From Candidatus Poribacteria bacterium (GTDB lineage: Bacteria; Poribacteria; WGA-4E; WGA-3G): a DNA stretch of 64,000 bases. The notes below the pieces were generated by a model that did no database searches, had not been told where the DNA came from, and was given only the letters and a program-made list of their open reading frames with translations. The stretch covers positions 11,807 through 75,806 of the forward strand of contig JAJEGI010000015.1 of assembly GCA_022819945.1 (NCBI GenBank), written 5' to 3'. Position 1 is the first letter of the stretch. Each line of letters opens with the position of its first letter. The translations under genes and the position numbers were made by a program. Positions 1 through 9,812 of this stretch are shown piece by piece.

Positions 1-587
1 CCCGCAGCTTCTGTCAATTCCTGCATAAAGGCAACAGTCTGGGCAGCACGCGTGCTATCTCCCACTTCAACGCCTGCAGCTTTAGTAGCATATTCTAATA
101 ACTCGTCCATCAGAATAAGCACGGGTTTTCGCTGTTTTGAAAGCAGTTCACAGAGTGCATCACGGCCTGGGGAAGTCCCTCGGTTAAAGCGATCCATTTT
201 GCCCGTCAACTGTTTTTCCAGCATGCCCCAGAGCGTTTCTTTTTCAGCATCTATCGCTGCTCCATCAATTACTACCCGTTGCGCATTCCACTTACTTGCT
301 TTGTGGTACATTGCAATCTGTGCGTGCGTTTTACCACCTCCAAACGGGGTCTGAATTTGGATGACTGGATCCCCTCCAAGTCCCTTTAACCGTCTTTCAA
401 CAACAGAAAGCAATCTCGTGAGGCCCTCAGTTTCATGCGTGTTTTCAAAAAATTGCGTGGGATCCTTATATTCATCAGAAGCGTTACCTTTAAACACTTC
501 ACCCAGTTTCGCAGCAAATATTTCAGGCGTGTGTTTGCCTCCCAATATATCACCGTGGGGAACGGCAACCTCGTAGAAAGGTAGCAT
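1..587 (-). CDS. DUF499-family P-loop ATPase, paralogue a (N-terminal ~195 aa; gene continues beyond window start)
   Basis: Manual reverse-complement translation from ATG at 587..585 gives MLPFYEVAVPHGDILGGKHTPEIFAAKLGEVFKGNASDEYKDPTQFFENTHETEGLTRLLSVVERRLKGLGGDPVIQIQTPFGGGKTHAQIAMYHK... with no stop to position 1. It is ~70-75% identical to the N-terminus of the 858-aa protein at 6565..9141, including the GGGKT P-loop. The ORF track did not list it because it has no in-window stop. Confidence 0.8.
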   Translation of the reverse strand, partial: MLPFYEVAVPHGDILGGKHTPEIFAAKLGEVFKGNASDEYKDPTQFFENTHETEGLTRLLSVVERRLKGLGGDPVIQIQTPFGGGKTHAQIAMYHKASKWNAQRVVIDGAAIDAEKETLWGMLEKQLTGKMDRFNRGTSPGRDALCELLSKQRKPVLILMDELLEYATKAAGVEVGDSTRAAQTVAFMQELTEAA

Positions 588-620
588 TTACTAATCTCCT
601 TGTAGTCTGAATCAAAAATC

Positions 621-3371
621 TCAGAAGAGATCCAATTGCTTTACTGTCTCTTCCTCTTTCTTCTTTTTTTCTAGCTCATCTATATTTTCTTTAACACGTT
701 CCAAACCGTTACCGTGTAAAAAACCTTCTAATAACCTTTTCTCTTTGTGTCCGGGAGGCAACGTTTCGGAAATAGCTTGTGCGACACGATGGAATGCATC
801 ATTCAATTGGTAACCTTCCCTCTCAAAAACGCCAAGGATTTCTTCATGCCGTGGATCCTCTGCCCACAGTAACAACACATAATGCAGAACGTCAATCAAT
901 TCACTTGCACCTTTGAGTTCGTTTGTTGTTCTGTCATGTGGCCCGAGGACGCGGATAAATTGCTTCTCTTTCTGGATAAAACTGCGTCCGCCCCACCCTT
1001 GGGCAAGGTCAATCCCGCAGGACTGTGCTAATTTCCGAGCGTCATCAAAAGGCACACGTTTTGTCCCGTATTCCCATCGCCAGATAACATAAAAGCGCGT
1101 GAGAGAAGTAATTTTCCCCTCTTCAAAACCATTTCGTAAAATCTTTTTCACAGCGTAATTGGTTACCATTTTTTGCACATCGGTGAGAAGACTGTCTGCT
1201 CGTATTATGTTCGCGTGACGATCCATTACCTTCTTGTATTTGCCAAATATCTCAATTGCTGAACCAATACCAGCTATGAAAAAGTCCGTCCCACTCAAAC
1301 CTTCAGTCCAAAGGCTATCAAGTTTTTCCTTGAGATGGGTTTCCATTTCCGTTTTTACGTCACTATAGAAACCTGTTTCTTTGCGCTCCATTTTCCGAGC
1401 GACAATATAGATAGAAGAAGCAAGGACAGCCGATTCTTGGGCACGGAGACGTGAGGTCATTTCTGTATGAAGAGGCCACGCGCCCGTCATTATGAGGCCG
1501 GAATCAAGCAAAGAATTAATCAATGTTTCCCATCCTGCTGTAGATTTATGGGCGTAGACAATGACGGCAATTCCGTTCGGTTTCAATACACGATAGATTT
1601 CTTGAAAAGAGTCTCTTAGTTTTTCTTCAAAGAACCGCTTGCCTTCCGCGAAGCCACCTGGACCATGTGAATAGGCAACGATCTCGTTATTCTTCGGTGT
1701 CAACGGTGTAGAAAAGAGATCGGGATCAACACTCCCAAGCGTTCGCTTCAGCCAAACATAAAAGAAATCTGAGAGATATGAATAGGGAACGTTGTCGTAA
1801 TATGGTGGATCAGTGAAAACAGCATCAAAAAAATTATCGTGATGCGGGAGGTTAGTGGCTGAGGAATGGGTAACATCAGCGGATTTTGAACTGGATTGTG
1901 AACAGTGTTCAATTACCTTAAAAAAATATTTGCAGCCACTCTCAAAACTTCCAGCCGAACCACTAAATGGATTTACTTCGGCATAATCCCAAATCATTGG
2001 CAGAGCCTGCCTTGAGTACAGATGTGCAACTCCTTCTGAACCGTTTAACCAGCGGACAAGCATATTGCTAACTGCCGCTGTCATGTCAAGTGCTAATGCT
2101 AAATAGCTCACAACTGCCTTGGCGTATTCTATATCAGTTTCCTTCACTACTATCTGTTGATATGCTTCCCTTACCTTCTCTACGAACGTAACCAACATCA
2201 ATTTCTGCCTTGCGTTAAAGAGATCGCCCCAGGTGTTCATTCCATAGTTTTGAACGGAAAATGCTCTTTCAGCTCCCCTTCCTTTTCCTTCTGGAGTAGG
2301 TTCATCTGGCACCGCCTCAATACCCCATTCCAACGTTAACTTCTCCTGCTTCTCTGCAAGAAATGTCTTAGCCCGCTCAAAGACAACCTCGTCGTCAACC
2401 GTAGCCACGCGATAACGCTTACCTCGCACACCCGGCTTGTACGTTACAACGGCAACCATCCGCTCACCTGCTTTTCCCTCCTGAAAAAGTTGCTTAGTCT
2501 GCTTTGAAGTTACCGTCCCACCGCAGGTTGGATTAGGACACACCGCGACAGCTTTTGAGACCGTGCCTTTCGTCGGATCAAAACCGTTGGGTATCGGTCC
2601 GTAGTCATCGCCAACAATCTTAAACTCAACATGCTCGTTCTTAACATCCGGATAAAGGGCAATTTTTTTCTCCTTTTTCCTCTGCTCCGTTTTCTCTTTC
2701 TTTACCAGCCAGAATTGTTTCATCAGGGGAATCTCCATACCACATAATGGATTCTGACATGGAATCGTTCGCGCCCAAATCCACCCAACGACACGCGAAC
2801 CATCTGCTTCTTCTTCATAAAAATCTTTTAGTTCCGCCTTCACTTCCTCAAGCACCCACGTGCTCCATTTTTTCACATCTTCCAGCAAGCGATTTCTGAA
2901 ACTCCTCTTAGAGACAGAACCGTACGTCTGTGGGTATTCTAACGTGCATTTCTGGATCAGGACCGAGACAGGGTTGAGATCACTAGAATAAGTTTTACAA
3001 CCAAGCCGAAGTGTCTCTAGTGGAATCGCCCCACCACCTCCAAAAGGATCCAACACTTTCGGGGGTTCACCCTCGTTAGCTGTAAGGATTTCTTCTCGTG
3101 CCCTTTCAATCAAATGCGCGTTCAAAAGATTTTCCCACTTTGAAAGTTTAATGATAAAATCACGCCTTTGATTCCTTTCTAAATAACCCTTCTTCGGTGC
3201 CTGTGTCAGTGCTGCATAAGCAGTAGCGCGTGAAGAGGCAAGCGGCCGCCGAGCCCACCAGACGTGAAGCGTGGAGATATGTCCATGTCGTATGTACTTA
3301 TCACGGATAGATTCCTCGGAAACCTCTTTAACAGGGAACGATTCTTCAATAAGACGTTTATCTTCTTGCAT
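621..3371 (-). CDS. DUF1156-family DNA methyltransferase (N6-adenine/N4-cytosine gamma-class motifs), paralogue a, 916 aa
   Basis: N-terminal 'HISTLHVWWARRPL' signature; SAM-binding motif I-like 'LDPFGGGGAIPLETLRLG'; catalytic motif IV 'FTDPPYYDNVPY'. ~70% aa identity to the 9813..12476 protein. 33-nt gap to the downstream DUF499-a start. Confidence 0.85.
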   Translation of the reverse strand: MQEDKRLIEESFPVKEVSEESIRDKYIRHGHISTLHVWWARRPLASSRATAYAALTQAPKKGYLERNQRRDFIIKLSKWENLLNAHLIERAREEILTANEGEPPKVLDPFGGGGAIPLETLRLGCKTYSSDLNPVSVLIQKCTLEYPQTYGSVSKRSFRNRLLEDVKKWSTWVLEEVKAELKDFYEEEADGSRVVGWIWARTIPCQNPLCGMEIPLMKQFWLVKKEKTEQRKKEKKIALYPDVKNEHVEFKIVGDDYGPIPNGFDPTKGTVSKAVAVCPNPTCGGTVTSKQTKQLFQEGKAGERMVAVVTYKPGVRGKRYRVATVDDEVVFERAKTFLAEKQEKLTLEWGIEAVPDEPTPEGKGRGAERAFSVQNYGMNTWGDLFNARQKLMLVTFVEKVREAYQQIVVKETDIEYAKAVVSYLALALDMTAAVSNMLVRWLNGSEGVAHLYSRQALPMIWDYAEVNPFSGSAGSFESGCKYFFKVIEHCSQSSSKSADVTHSSATNLPHHDNFFDAVFTDPPYYDNVPYSYLSDFFYVWLKRTLGSVDPDLFSTPLTPKNNEIVAYSHGPGGFAEGKRFFEEKLRDSFQEIYRVLKPNGIAVIVYAHKSTAGWETLINSLLDSGLIMTGAWPLHTEMTSRLRAQESAVLASSIYIVARKMERKETGFYSDVKTEMETHLKEKLDSLWTEGLSGTDFFIAGIGSAIEIFGKYKKVMDRHANIIRADSLLTDVQKMVTNYAVKKILRNGFEEGKITSLTRFYVIWRWEYGTKRVPFDDARKLAQSCGIDLAQGWGGRSFIQKEKQFIRVLGPHDRTTNELKGASELIDVLHYVLLLWAEDPRHEEILGVFEREGYQLNDAFHRVAQAISETLPPGHKEKRLLEGFLHGNGLERVKENIDELEKKKKEEETVKQLDLF

Positions 3372-3394
3372 ATTAAATCCTTCTCGCTATATTT

Positions 3395-3676
3395 TCAACA
3401 ACCTACTAACTGAACAAGCAAAAACACACCTATACTCAAAATACAAAAAACGCCCGCAAAAAGTAACCAGATGGGCCCCACTCCCTTCCAATTTACGCGC
3501 GTATTTGCTTTTTTCCCAGCGCGTGGTGAGGAAAGCATGCGCTGTTCATATCTCTGTAGTGCCGCTTTTGCTCTTGAATCTTGTGTCCTTCTAAGCCATT
3601 TTATTGTCTGATGCTTTGCATAACTTTTATCAGACCAGGATTCACTGTCTACCACATAAATAAGAAGTTGAATCAC
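3395..3676 (-). CDS. hypothetical small protein with C-terminal transmembrane helix
   Basis: 93-aa ORF immediately upstream (24-nt gap) of MTase-a; hydrophobic C-terminus 'GPIWLLFAGVFCILSIGVFLLVQLVGC'; no recognisable family. Confidence 0.3.
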   Translation of the reverse strand: MIQLLIYVVDSESWSDKSYAKHQTIKWLRRTQDSRAKAALQRYEQRMLSSPRAGKKANTRVNWKGVGPIWLLFAGVFCILSIGVFLLVQLVGC

Positions 3677-3779
3677 TGCCTCAAATGAGCCCTGATATTT
3701 GTCAACGGAATTAGTCGTTTTGGACTTGCAAAAAGTTGTTAAAAAAGTGCCGTGAACCCTTATATTTAGTGGGTTTTTC

Positions 3780-4870
3780 GCTTGATTAATTAACGCAATT
3801 TATGGTAAAATATCAGTAGTAAAATAGGGGATTGTCAGTCCCCTATCCGAACCAAAAGCGAGTTGCTTTTTTCAGGTTCTACAACTGCTTGGTATTTTAC
3901 CAGAAACCGTCAGAAAAAAGCAACTCCTAATTTCATAGGAGTATCTGATGGACTTGATCAAGATCATGGAGATGTTCCCGGATCAAGAGGCGTGTATTGC
4001 TTATTTAGAGCGTCTACGATGGCAAGGATCACCAGAATGTCCGCATTGTGAGTCCACACACGTCAAACAACGCAACGAAAGCGATACAGGGCGAATTGGA
4101 CGCTATAACTGTCATGGGTGTCGCTCAACGTTCAAAGTAACGTCCGGCACGATCTTTCACGGCACAAAGATACCGCTTCAGAAGTGGTTTGTTGCGATCG
4201 GACTCATGGCAAACGCAAAGAAAAGTCTCTCAAGTTGCCAACTCGCTCGTGACTTAGGACTCAAGCAGAAAGCGGTTTGGCGGATGATGATGGCAATCCG
4301 TGCCGAGATGAGCAAGGATAACGTGCTACTACAGGGAATTGTAGAGGCAGATGAGACGTACATCGGGGGGAAACGCAAGAAAGACTACGATAAGGAAGCG
4401 GGTGAGCCTCGTAAGCGTGGACGTGGAACGGTGAAAGATGCCGTGATCGGGGCTATTGAGCGCGGTGGAAAGGTCGTCGCGAAGTTGATCCCCGACATCA
4501 CCGGTAAGACGATCCTTGAGTTTATCAAGCGGTTCGTCAAGACCGAAGACTCCGAACTCTATACTGACCAGTATCGTGGATACAACGAAGTCGGTAAAGA
4601 GATGGCACATGAGACCATGAATCGGAGTGAGAAATGGGAAGCCGATGGGATACATACCAACACAATGGAAGGCTTTTGGTCATTTGTAAAGCGTGCATGG
4701 TATGGATCGCATCATCACTATTCAACAGGATACACGCCCCTGTATCTCGCAGAGGCGTGCTATAAGTATAACTACAGAGAAACTAACATGTTTGATAAGT
4801 TTCTCAGGGAGCTGTGGGAATGAGTAAAGAAGAATTAATTGACCAAAAACTTAAGGAAATACTGTATCAA
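3780..4870 (+). mobile_element. IS1595-family insertion sequence (boundaries approximate; terminal inverted repeats not resolved)
   Basis: Contains a single IS1595-type transposase gene between the two DUF1156/DUF499 modules. Only a weak 'caattaatt'-type match between the flanks; exact ends need comparison with an empty site. Confidence 0.4.
3948..4823 (+). CDS. IS1595-family (ISXO2-like) DDE transposase, 291 aa
   Basis: N-terminal Zn-ribbon 'CPHCES...RYNCHGCRSTF' followed by a DDE_Tnp_IS1595-like core ('ADETYIGGKRK', 'YTDQYRGY', 'HTNTMEGFWSFVKR'). Confidence 0.85.
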   Translation: MDLIKIMEMFPDQEACIAYLERLRWQGSPECPHCESTHVKQRNESDTGRIGRYNCHGCRSTFKVTSGTIFHGTKIPLQKWFVAIGLMANAKKSLSSCQLARDLGLKQKAVWRMMMAIRAEMSKDNVLLQGIVEADETYIGGKRKKDYDKEAGEPRKRGRGTVKDAVIGAIERGGKVVAKLIPDITGKTILEFIKRFVKTEDSELYTDQYRGYNEVGKEMAHETMNRSEKWEADGIHTNTMEGFWSFVKRAWYGSHHHYSTGYTPLYLAEACYKYNYRETNMFDKFLRELWE

Positions 4871-4916
4871 ATCTTCCGTCTGTTTGTTGATTTCATCGAC
4901 GATGAACGCAAATACG

Positions 4917-5147
4917 CTAAAAAAACACAGCCTTGAGAGATTTCATCAAATCGTTTACGTCTTTTATCGTTTTCGTGTATCTGACAATCTCGTGAAGGGG
5001 TAAACGATGTTTTGACACGTCCTCACGGAATGTATCAAGGGTATTTTTCAGCGTTTCAATTTCTTCTTCAAAAGATTCGATCACTTGTTTTCGATCTGTG
5101 TTCATCTGTTCGTCCTTATAGGTTGGAGGGGACCGAAGTCCCCTCAC
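4917..5147 (-). CDS. hypothetical protein (76 aa, doubtful)
   Basis: ORF only; N-terminus is encoded by a GC hairpin (GAGGGGAccgaagTCCCCTC at 5119..5140) that may instead be a structural element. Confidence 0.2.
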   Translation of the reverse strand: MRGLRSPPTYKDEQMNTDRKQVIESFEEEIETLKNTLDTFREDVSKHRLPLHEIVRYTKTIKDVNDLMKSLKAVFF

Positions 5148-5154
5148 AGTTGGG

Positions 5155-5577
5155 TTATTGGGTATAGAATAGCTCAGGATAGAAGTTTAACACTATCCAA
5201 ACAGAAACGGCTGTCCCACCGAGACATCCGGCAGATGTATGGATAAGTCGTTTAATCCTAACCTCTTTCTTGTATGTGTCTGTGTAAGCATCAACATAGG
5301 CAGGTGTTTTGCCGATCAAACGATTTACTGGCGGTGTTGGTGGAATAACTTGAGCCGTTATTGCAATAACACCGCCAATAAGACAACCAAGTGCTGCGGA
5401 TGCACAGAAAGTTCCGGCTAACCAGCCGTAAGGTTCTTGTACGTCGCGTTTGGCATCAGCAATTGCTTGTGCAACATCATTTGTCTGCTGAGCAAGCACA
5501 ACACAAGGCATGCCGAAAATCAGCACTGCCATAACAAGTGCAAACAGTCTAAAAGTCATCACGAATCCTCTGGTCAA
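5155..5577 (-). CDS. hypothetical membrane protein (signal/TM helix plus two further hydrophobic segments)
   Basis: 140 aa; 'FRLFALVMAVLIFGMPCVVLA' N-terminal hydrophobic segment, internal 'GCLIGGVIAITAQVI' and C-terminal 'GGTAVSVWIVLNFY'. Confidence 0.4.
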   Translation of the reverse strand: MTRGFVMTFRLFALVMAVLIFGMPCVVLAQQTNDVAQAIADAKRDVQEPYGWLAGTFCASAALGCLIGGVIAITAQVIPPTPPVNRLIGKTPAYVDAYTDTYKKEVRIKRLIHTSAGCLGGTAVSVWIVLNFYPELFYTQ

Positions 5578-5779
5578 AAGACCAAAGTTCTGATATTAGA
5601 ATGAGTTATTGAGTTTACATCACTTTGACACACAACATCACTTTCCGATGTCACTCGGTTTGATGGTAGAGACCGCCCCAAGCGGAGCGGGTGACATTCT
5701 CTACCAAGTGATGTTCTGAATATTATACAATTTTTTGTATTTTTTGTCAATTTTTAAAATTTCTACAAGTCATAAACGA

Positions 5780-6442
5780 CTAATTCCGATTAAATTTGTT
5801 GTTTCCACCAATCCTTGGAGGTTTATGGAATTCAGCGAACGGTCCAATTCCGGCTTTTGTTGCGACTGCCTCGCCATTAATGTAGAGGAAAGCCTCATCC
5901 TCAAAATTCCAAGTCACCGCTACGTGCATCCACACATCTTTTTTAACGAAATCAGGTGCTGGAACAGACATCAGAGCATCTATATCAAGCGCACTTTCTA
6001 TCAAGAAAACGAACTCGTTCTCACGTTCTCCTGCCCGGGTGCCTTTGCCAATAGAGAAGGAGAGGGCAGCCGTACTCGCATCAAATAACCGATAGGTGCC
6101 TTCACCTGCACCGTCCCAATACGGCTTAAACCAGAACCCAATCGTGCCAGGGTTCTGCATCAGGTAATCGAATTCAATGAACTGCTCCTTGTTATCACCG
6201 AGTTCGATCCCCATTCCATATACACCCTCTTTACTCGGCACGCGCTTTGCTCCGCCCATAATCACGCCATCATTTCCGTTACCACTGGCATCTACAGCAA
6301 CATTCGCGTCTTTTCCTTTGAAGGAGAACCAGACTTCGGGTTCTAAGGTATGTCCGGTATGGGAAAACATTATCAAGCCGATCAAGAGTATCAAACTTAG
6401 CGTTAACGGACTGTCAATAGATTGGATTGTTCGGTTAAACAC
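5780..6442 (-). CDS. secreted LamG/concanavalin-A-like lectin-fold protein
   Basis: 220 aa, N-terminal signal-like hydrophobic stretch; sequence resembles LamG-type jelly-roll domains ('IGFWFKPYWDG', 'WMHVAVTWNFEDEAFLYINGE'). Confidence 0.45.
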   Translation of the reverse strand: MFNRTIQSIDSPLTLSLILLIGLIMFSHTGHTLEPEVWFSFKGKDANVAVDASGNGNDGVIMGGAKRVPSKEGVYGMGIELGDNKEQFIEFDYLMQNPGTIGFWFKPYWDGAGEGTYRLFDASTAALSFSIGKGTRAGERENEFVFLIESALDIDALMSVPAPDFVKKDVWMHVAVTWNFEDEAFLYINGEAVATKAGIGPFAEFHKPPRIGGNNKFNRN

Positions 6443-6564
6443 AGCGTCCTCCTTTTTAATGGAGATATACCTACTATTAAAATTGATTGAACACTCTAAT
6501 AGATAAAAAACTTGTCAAGTATGAGCACTGTTTGATTCTGGATGGCGCGGAAATTCAGTTATCT

Positions 6565-9141
6565 TTATTCATCTAAATCAATACCTAACTGGGCAAACGC
6601 CTCTTTGATTTTATCCTCGTAATCCTGTTCTGACATTTCTCCGTGGGTTGCTCTTAATTCAATCTGGAGGTTATCAAAATTCAACTGAAGCAGATTCATT
6701 ACCCCCATGAGTCCAGCCACCTTTCCCTTTGGTACAGTGAATTGCAAGTGAATCTCTTTACGTCCGCTTGACTCCGGCGGGGGCGAATCACCATCTGATC
6801 CGTTACCATTATCTTTACCTTCTACAATATCTGGTGCGGGAGTCCCCCCCGGTGGATAAGTAACACCACTGCTTTTTTCTTCATTCCCCTCTTCTGATTC
6901 CTTTTGGGCGATACAGATGTCTTCTCGGATTATCACCTCACTTCCAACAAGGGTGATTGACGGTGGGTCCTCCTTGAAATACCGGCAAACAGGCCTTTCA
7001 TCTTCCAATTCACCTAATCCAAACAATCCCTGTTCCACCCCTTGGCGAATTCCAGATTCCCAAGCGTCCTGACCAATGACCCGAGCCTCTCCTGGGGTCT
7101 TTGCACTGGATTGAGAGAGTTGTTCGGTGGATACAGATTCATTTGTTTTAAGGTATCGCTCCTTAATCACCAATGGATGAATGCTTTCAAGAATCTCCCC
7201 ATCTGATTTCAGTTTGTCATAGACAACTTCGTCGAGTTTCTTCGTGTCGCCGTAGGTTGGAACACCTAAATCACCTTCCTTCAACCCTTCTTTGGTAGGA
7301 ATAAACAAGGTTCGATAATAGCGGCGCAGCATATCGTCTATTCCATCTTCAGCCTTTTTCCGCTCTGTCCGAACCTCCTTTGCTTGTTCATTAGTGAGCA
7401 CAAGCGTTTTATCGCCTTCAATAGTCTGATACGCAATAACCTTGCGGAGTTGATTGTAAAATCCACTTCTCTCTCGTCCAAGAGGAACAAGAAAGAGTAC
7501 TGTATTTCGGTTCGCCCTCGGTGTATTCCCCTTCATTTCCAATGTGTTTTTCATCAAAACATCGTCACGCGTTTTAAGGATCACCAGTTTCAGTTCCGTG
7601 TCATCGCGGATGCCTGAACCGTCCTTTTGCCAGATATAAGTATCGAGTCTCTTGCCTGAGAGGTTGCCTTTCAGCACCGTTTCCTCAAGTTCACCAACTT
7701 TGGAGTCGGTAATATTCTCCATCCGGGTTTGTAGCATACGATTTAGATTGGGTTGGTTAGCAAAATAAGTCCGTTCACCGTCGTGTTGAAGATAAAACAG
7801 TTTATTTCGCAATTGTTCATTGGCTTCAACAACGATGCTGGAGGGGTTTCCTGTTGTAGTGGCATTCCGTTTAATCTCTCGCAGATCTGCTCCTTTTTTC
7901 TCTGGATTCGGTTTACCTGAAAATGAGTACAGAAACACAGTCGTCGCGGAACGGCTACCGAATCTGAATCCCTTGTGGGCATCCCCAAGTCCGACATCGA
8001 CCTGTTTTGCGCCAGCAACATCACTCGTAATGTCGGAGGCAATGATGCTGTCATATTCTTGACCGGTGTGCTTTAGTAATTCCTGCCGAATTTCCTGAAT
8101 ACTGAGATCGAAATCCGCCAGCGTGATATAAGGGAGGGTTTTCTCTCTAAGGGAATAAAGTACGAGTGACAACAAACGCAATACTCCGCGCGTGCGTTGA
8201 AAATTTGGAAAGCTCCCCCACCGTTGATACAGCACATCAATCACTTCGGGCAGAAACGGATACGCGGTTTCAAATCGCCTTCGATATTCTGAAGGTTCCA
8301 TTCCGGGGGGCAGCATAGATTCACTAACGGCGTAATCCATGAAATCCTGAATTATTTTACCGGCGGCATCAGTATCAATTGACGAAAAAAGTCTACTTCT
8401 GATGACTTCACTAATCTCATGCTCTTGTACTGGTGTATAGATCCTCTCCACCCGTCCTGAAACATGACTAAATTGCTCAAATAGGCGTTGGGCTTGTTCA
8501 TCATAATGTTCCATGGTGCCTGATGGCAGTGTGATAACCAGTGCTACCTTTTCTAAAATACCAGCCGCCTCGGTCAGTTCTTGCATAAAGGCCGCGGTTT
8601 GGGCTGCAAGCGTGCTGTCCGCCACCCGAACACCAGCAGCTTTGGTTACATATTCCAATACTTCGTCCATCAGGATAAGCACAGGTTGTTTTTCCGACAG
8701 CAGCTCGTAGATGGCATCACGCCCTGGTGAAGTCAATCCATCAAAACGCTCTATCTTGCCGGTCAATTGCTTTTCCAACACGCCCCATAATGTATCATTG
8801 GCACCCATCGGTGTTCCGACAATCACCGCTTCTTGTGCCTTCCACTCACTCGCCTTGTGATACATCGCAATCAACGCATGGGTTTTACCACCACCGAAAG
8901 GTGTTTGTAGTTGAATGACAGGATCGCCGCTTTGTCCCTTAAGCCTCCGTTCAATAATTGAAAGCAGATGCTTGAGCCCCGCAGTTTCGTGGGTTTTCTG
9001 GGAAAACTGCGTAGGATCTCTGTATTCATCCGGTGCTGTCCCTCTGAAGACCTCCCACAAGTCTGCGGCGAATACATCCAGTGTGAGTCTGCCCTCCAAT
9101 ATATCAGGGTGCGCCACAGCGATTGCGTGAAATGGCATCAT
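6565..9141 (-). CDS. DUF499-family P-loop ATPase, paralogue b, 858 aa
   Basis: 'MMPFHAIAVAHPDIL' N-terminus, P-loop 'TPFGGGKTHA', 'LILMDEV' Walker-B-like; start ATG overlaps the HepT stop (ATGA). Confidence 0.85.
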   Translation of the reverse strand: MMPFHAIAVAHPDILEGRLTLDVFAADLWEVFRGTAPDEYRDPTQFSQKTHETAGLKHLLSIIERRLKGQSGDPVIQLQTPFGGGKTHALIAMYHKASEWKAQEAVIVGTPMGANDTLWGVLEKQLTGKIERFDGLTSPGRDAIYELLSEKQPVLILMDEVLEYVTKAAGVRVADSTLAAQTAAFMQELTEAAGILEKVALVITLPSGTMEHYDEQAQRLFEQFSHVSGRVERIYTPVQEHEISEVIRSRLFSSIDTDAAGKIIQDFMDYAVSESMLPPGMEPSEYRRRFETAYPFLPEVIDVLYQRWGSFPNFQRTRGVLRLLSLVLYSLREKTLPYITLADFDLSIQEIRQELLKHTGQEYDSIIASDITSDVAGAKQVDVGLGDAHKGFRFGSRSATTVFLYSFSGKPNPEKKGADLREIKRNATTTGNPSSIVVEANEQLRNKLFYLQHDGERTYFANQPNLNRMLQTRMENITDSKVGELEETVLKGNLSGKRLDTYIWQKDGSGIRDDTELKLVILKTRDDVLMKNTLEMKGNTPRANRNTVLFLVPLGRERSGFYNQLRKVIAYQTIEGDKTLVLTNEQAKEVRTERKKAEDGIDDMLRRYYRTLFIPTKEGLKEGDLGVPTYGDTKKLDEVVYDKLKSDGEILESIHPLVIKERYLKTNESVSTEQLSQSSAKTPGEARVIGQDAWESGIRQGVEQGLFGLGELEDERPVCRYFKEDPPSITLVGSEVIIREDICIAQKESEEGNEEKSSGVTYPPGGTPAPDIVEGKDNGNGSDGDSPPPESSGRKEIHLQFTVPKGKVAGLMGVMNLLQLNFDNLQIELRATHGEMSEQDYEDKIKEAFAQLGIDLDE

Positions 9142-9482
9142 TCGCTTCTCTCCTTAAGGATTTGTTGAATTTGCGTTTTCAGCGGCGGAAGCTTGGCCTG
9201 TAACGCATCCCAAACCACATCCATGTTAATATTAAAGTATACATGGATCACTCTATTTCTGAACCCCGCAATATTATGCCATGGAACGCTTGGATACTTC
9301 TCTCGGATGGAATCGGGTATCTTCTTGACAGCTTCACCAATAATTCCAAGGTTTCGGATAACAGCGTCAACCCGCATCTGATCCGCCTCAAACGCACTGC
9401 GAGTCATACCTTCAACGTATGATGCGATACGGTCAGCTGCCTCCACTATGTCTTGGAGGTATAGGTTATAGTTCCGTGACAT
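9138..9482 (-). CDS. hepT: HepT-like (DUF86/HEPN) RNase toxin
   Basis: 114 aa; HEPN Rx4-6H motif region 'FRNRVIHVY'; follows the nucleotidyltransferase gene with a 17-nt overlap, the typical MntA-HepT arrangement. Confidence 0.75.
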   Translation of the reverse strand: MSRNYNLYLQDIVEAADRIASYVEGMTRSAFEADQMRVDAVIRNLGIIGEAVKKIPDSIREKYPSVPWHNIAGFRNRVIHVYFNINMDVVWDALQAKLPPLKTQIQQILKERSE

Positions 9483-9810
9483 ACTCTACCTCTTTTTCAA
9501 TATAAGGTTTGTAACCCGGTTTGATGGATGTGGGGGTCACAAGGTCAATGTCCTTCTTAAACAGATCTTCCAGAAAAACAGCCAACCCCATGTAATCGTC
9601 AAAAGTCAATCTTTCGAGTTCAACGAGAAAATCAATGTCGCTTGCGGCAGTTGCCGTCCCTCGCACGTAAGATCCGAACAAGCCGATCCGTTTAACCCCG
9701 TATTTCCGCAGGGTTTTTCGATTGTCCACAAGGGTCTGCTTGATAAACGCCTTGCTAAGAATTTTTTGATCTTCCAAACTTAAATCCTCCACTAAGGCAC
9801 TTTCTAACAC
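9466..9810 (-). CDS. mntA: MntA-like minimal nucleotidyltransferase antitoxin
   Basis: 114 aa; 'GLFGSYVRGTATAASDIDFLVEL' = GS...DxD polymerase-beta-type nucleotidyltransferase motif. Confidence 0.75.
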   Translation of the reverse strand: MLESALVEDLSLEDQKILSKAFIKQTLVDNRKTLRKYGVKRIGLFGSYVRGTATAASDIDFLVELERLTFDDYMGLAVFLEDLFKKDIDLVTPTSIKPGYKPYIEKEVEYVTEL

Positions 9811-9812
9811 GT

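Noticed and set aside
52-576. Plus-strand ORFs 52..354 and 361..576 (and minus ORF 386..568)
   Set aside because: Antisense or off-frame to the clearly homologous DUF499 paralogue that translates without stops on the minus strand from 587 to the window edge; low-complexity S/P-rich translations.
3780-3800. IS terminal inverted repeats ('TTGATTAATTAAC' vs reverse complement 'TCAATTAATTCT' near 4850)
   Set aside because: The match is short and the core AATTAATT is self-palindromic, so it is insufficient to define IS ends. Boundaries are left approximate.
5119-5140. GAGGGGA(ccgaag)TCCCCTC hairpin as an intrinsic terminator
   Set aside because: There is no U-tract on either strand, and it lies inside the doubtful 76-aa ORF. 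It is noted only as a structural element.
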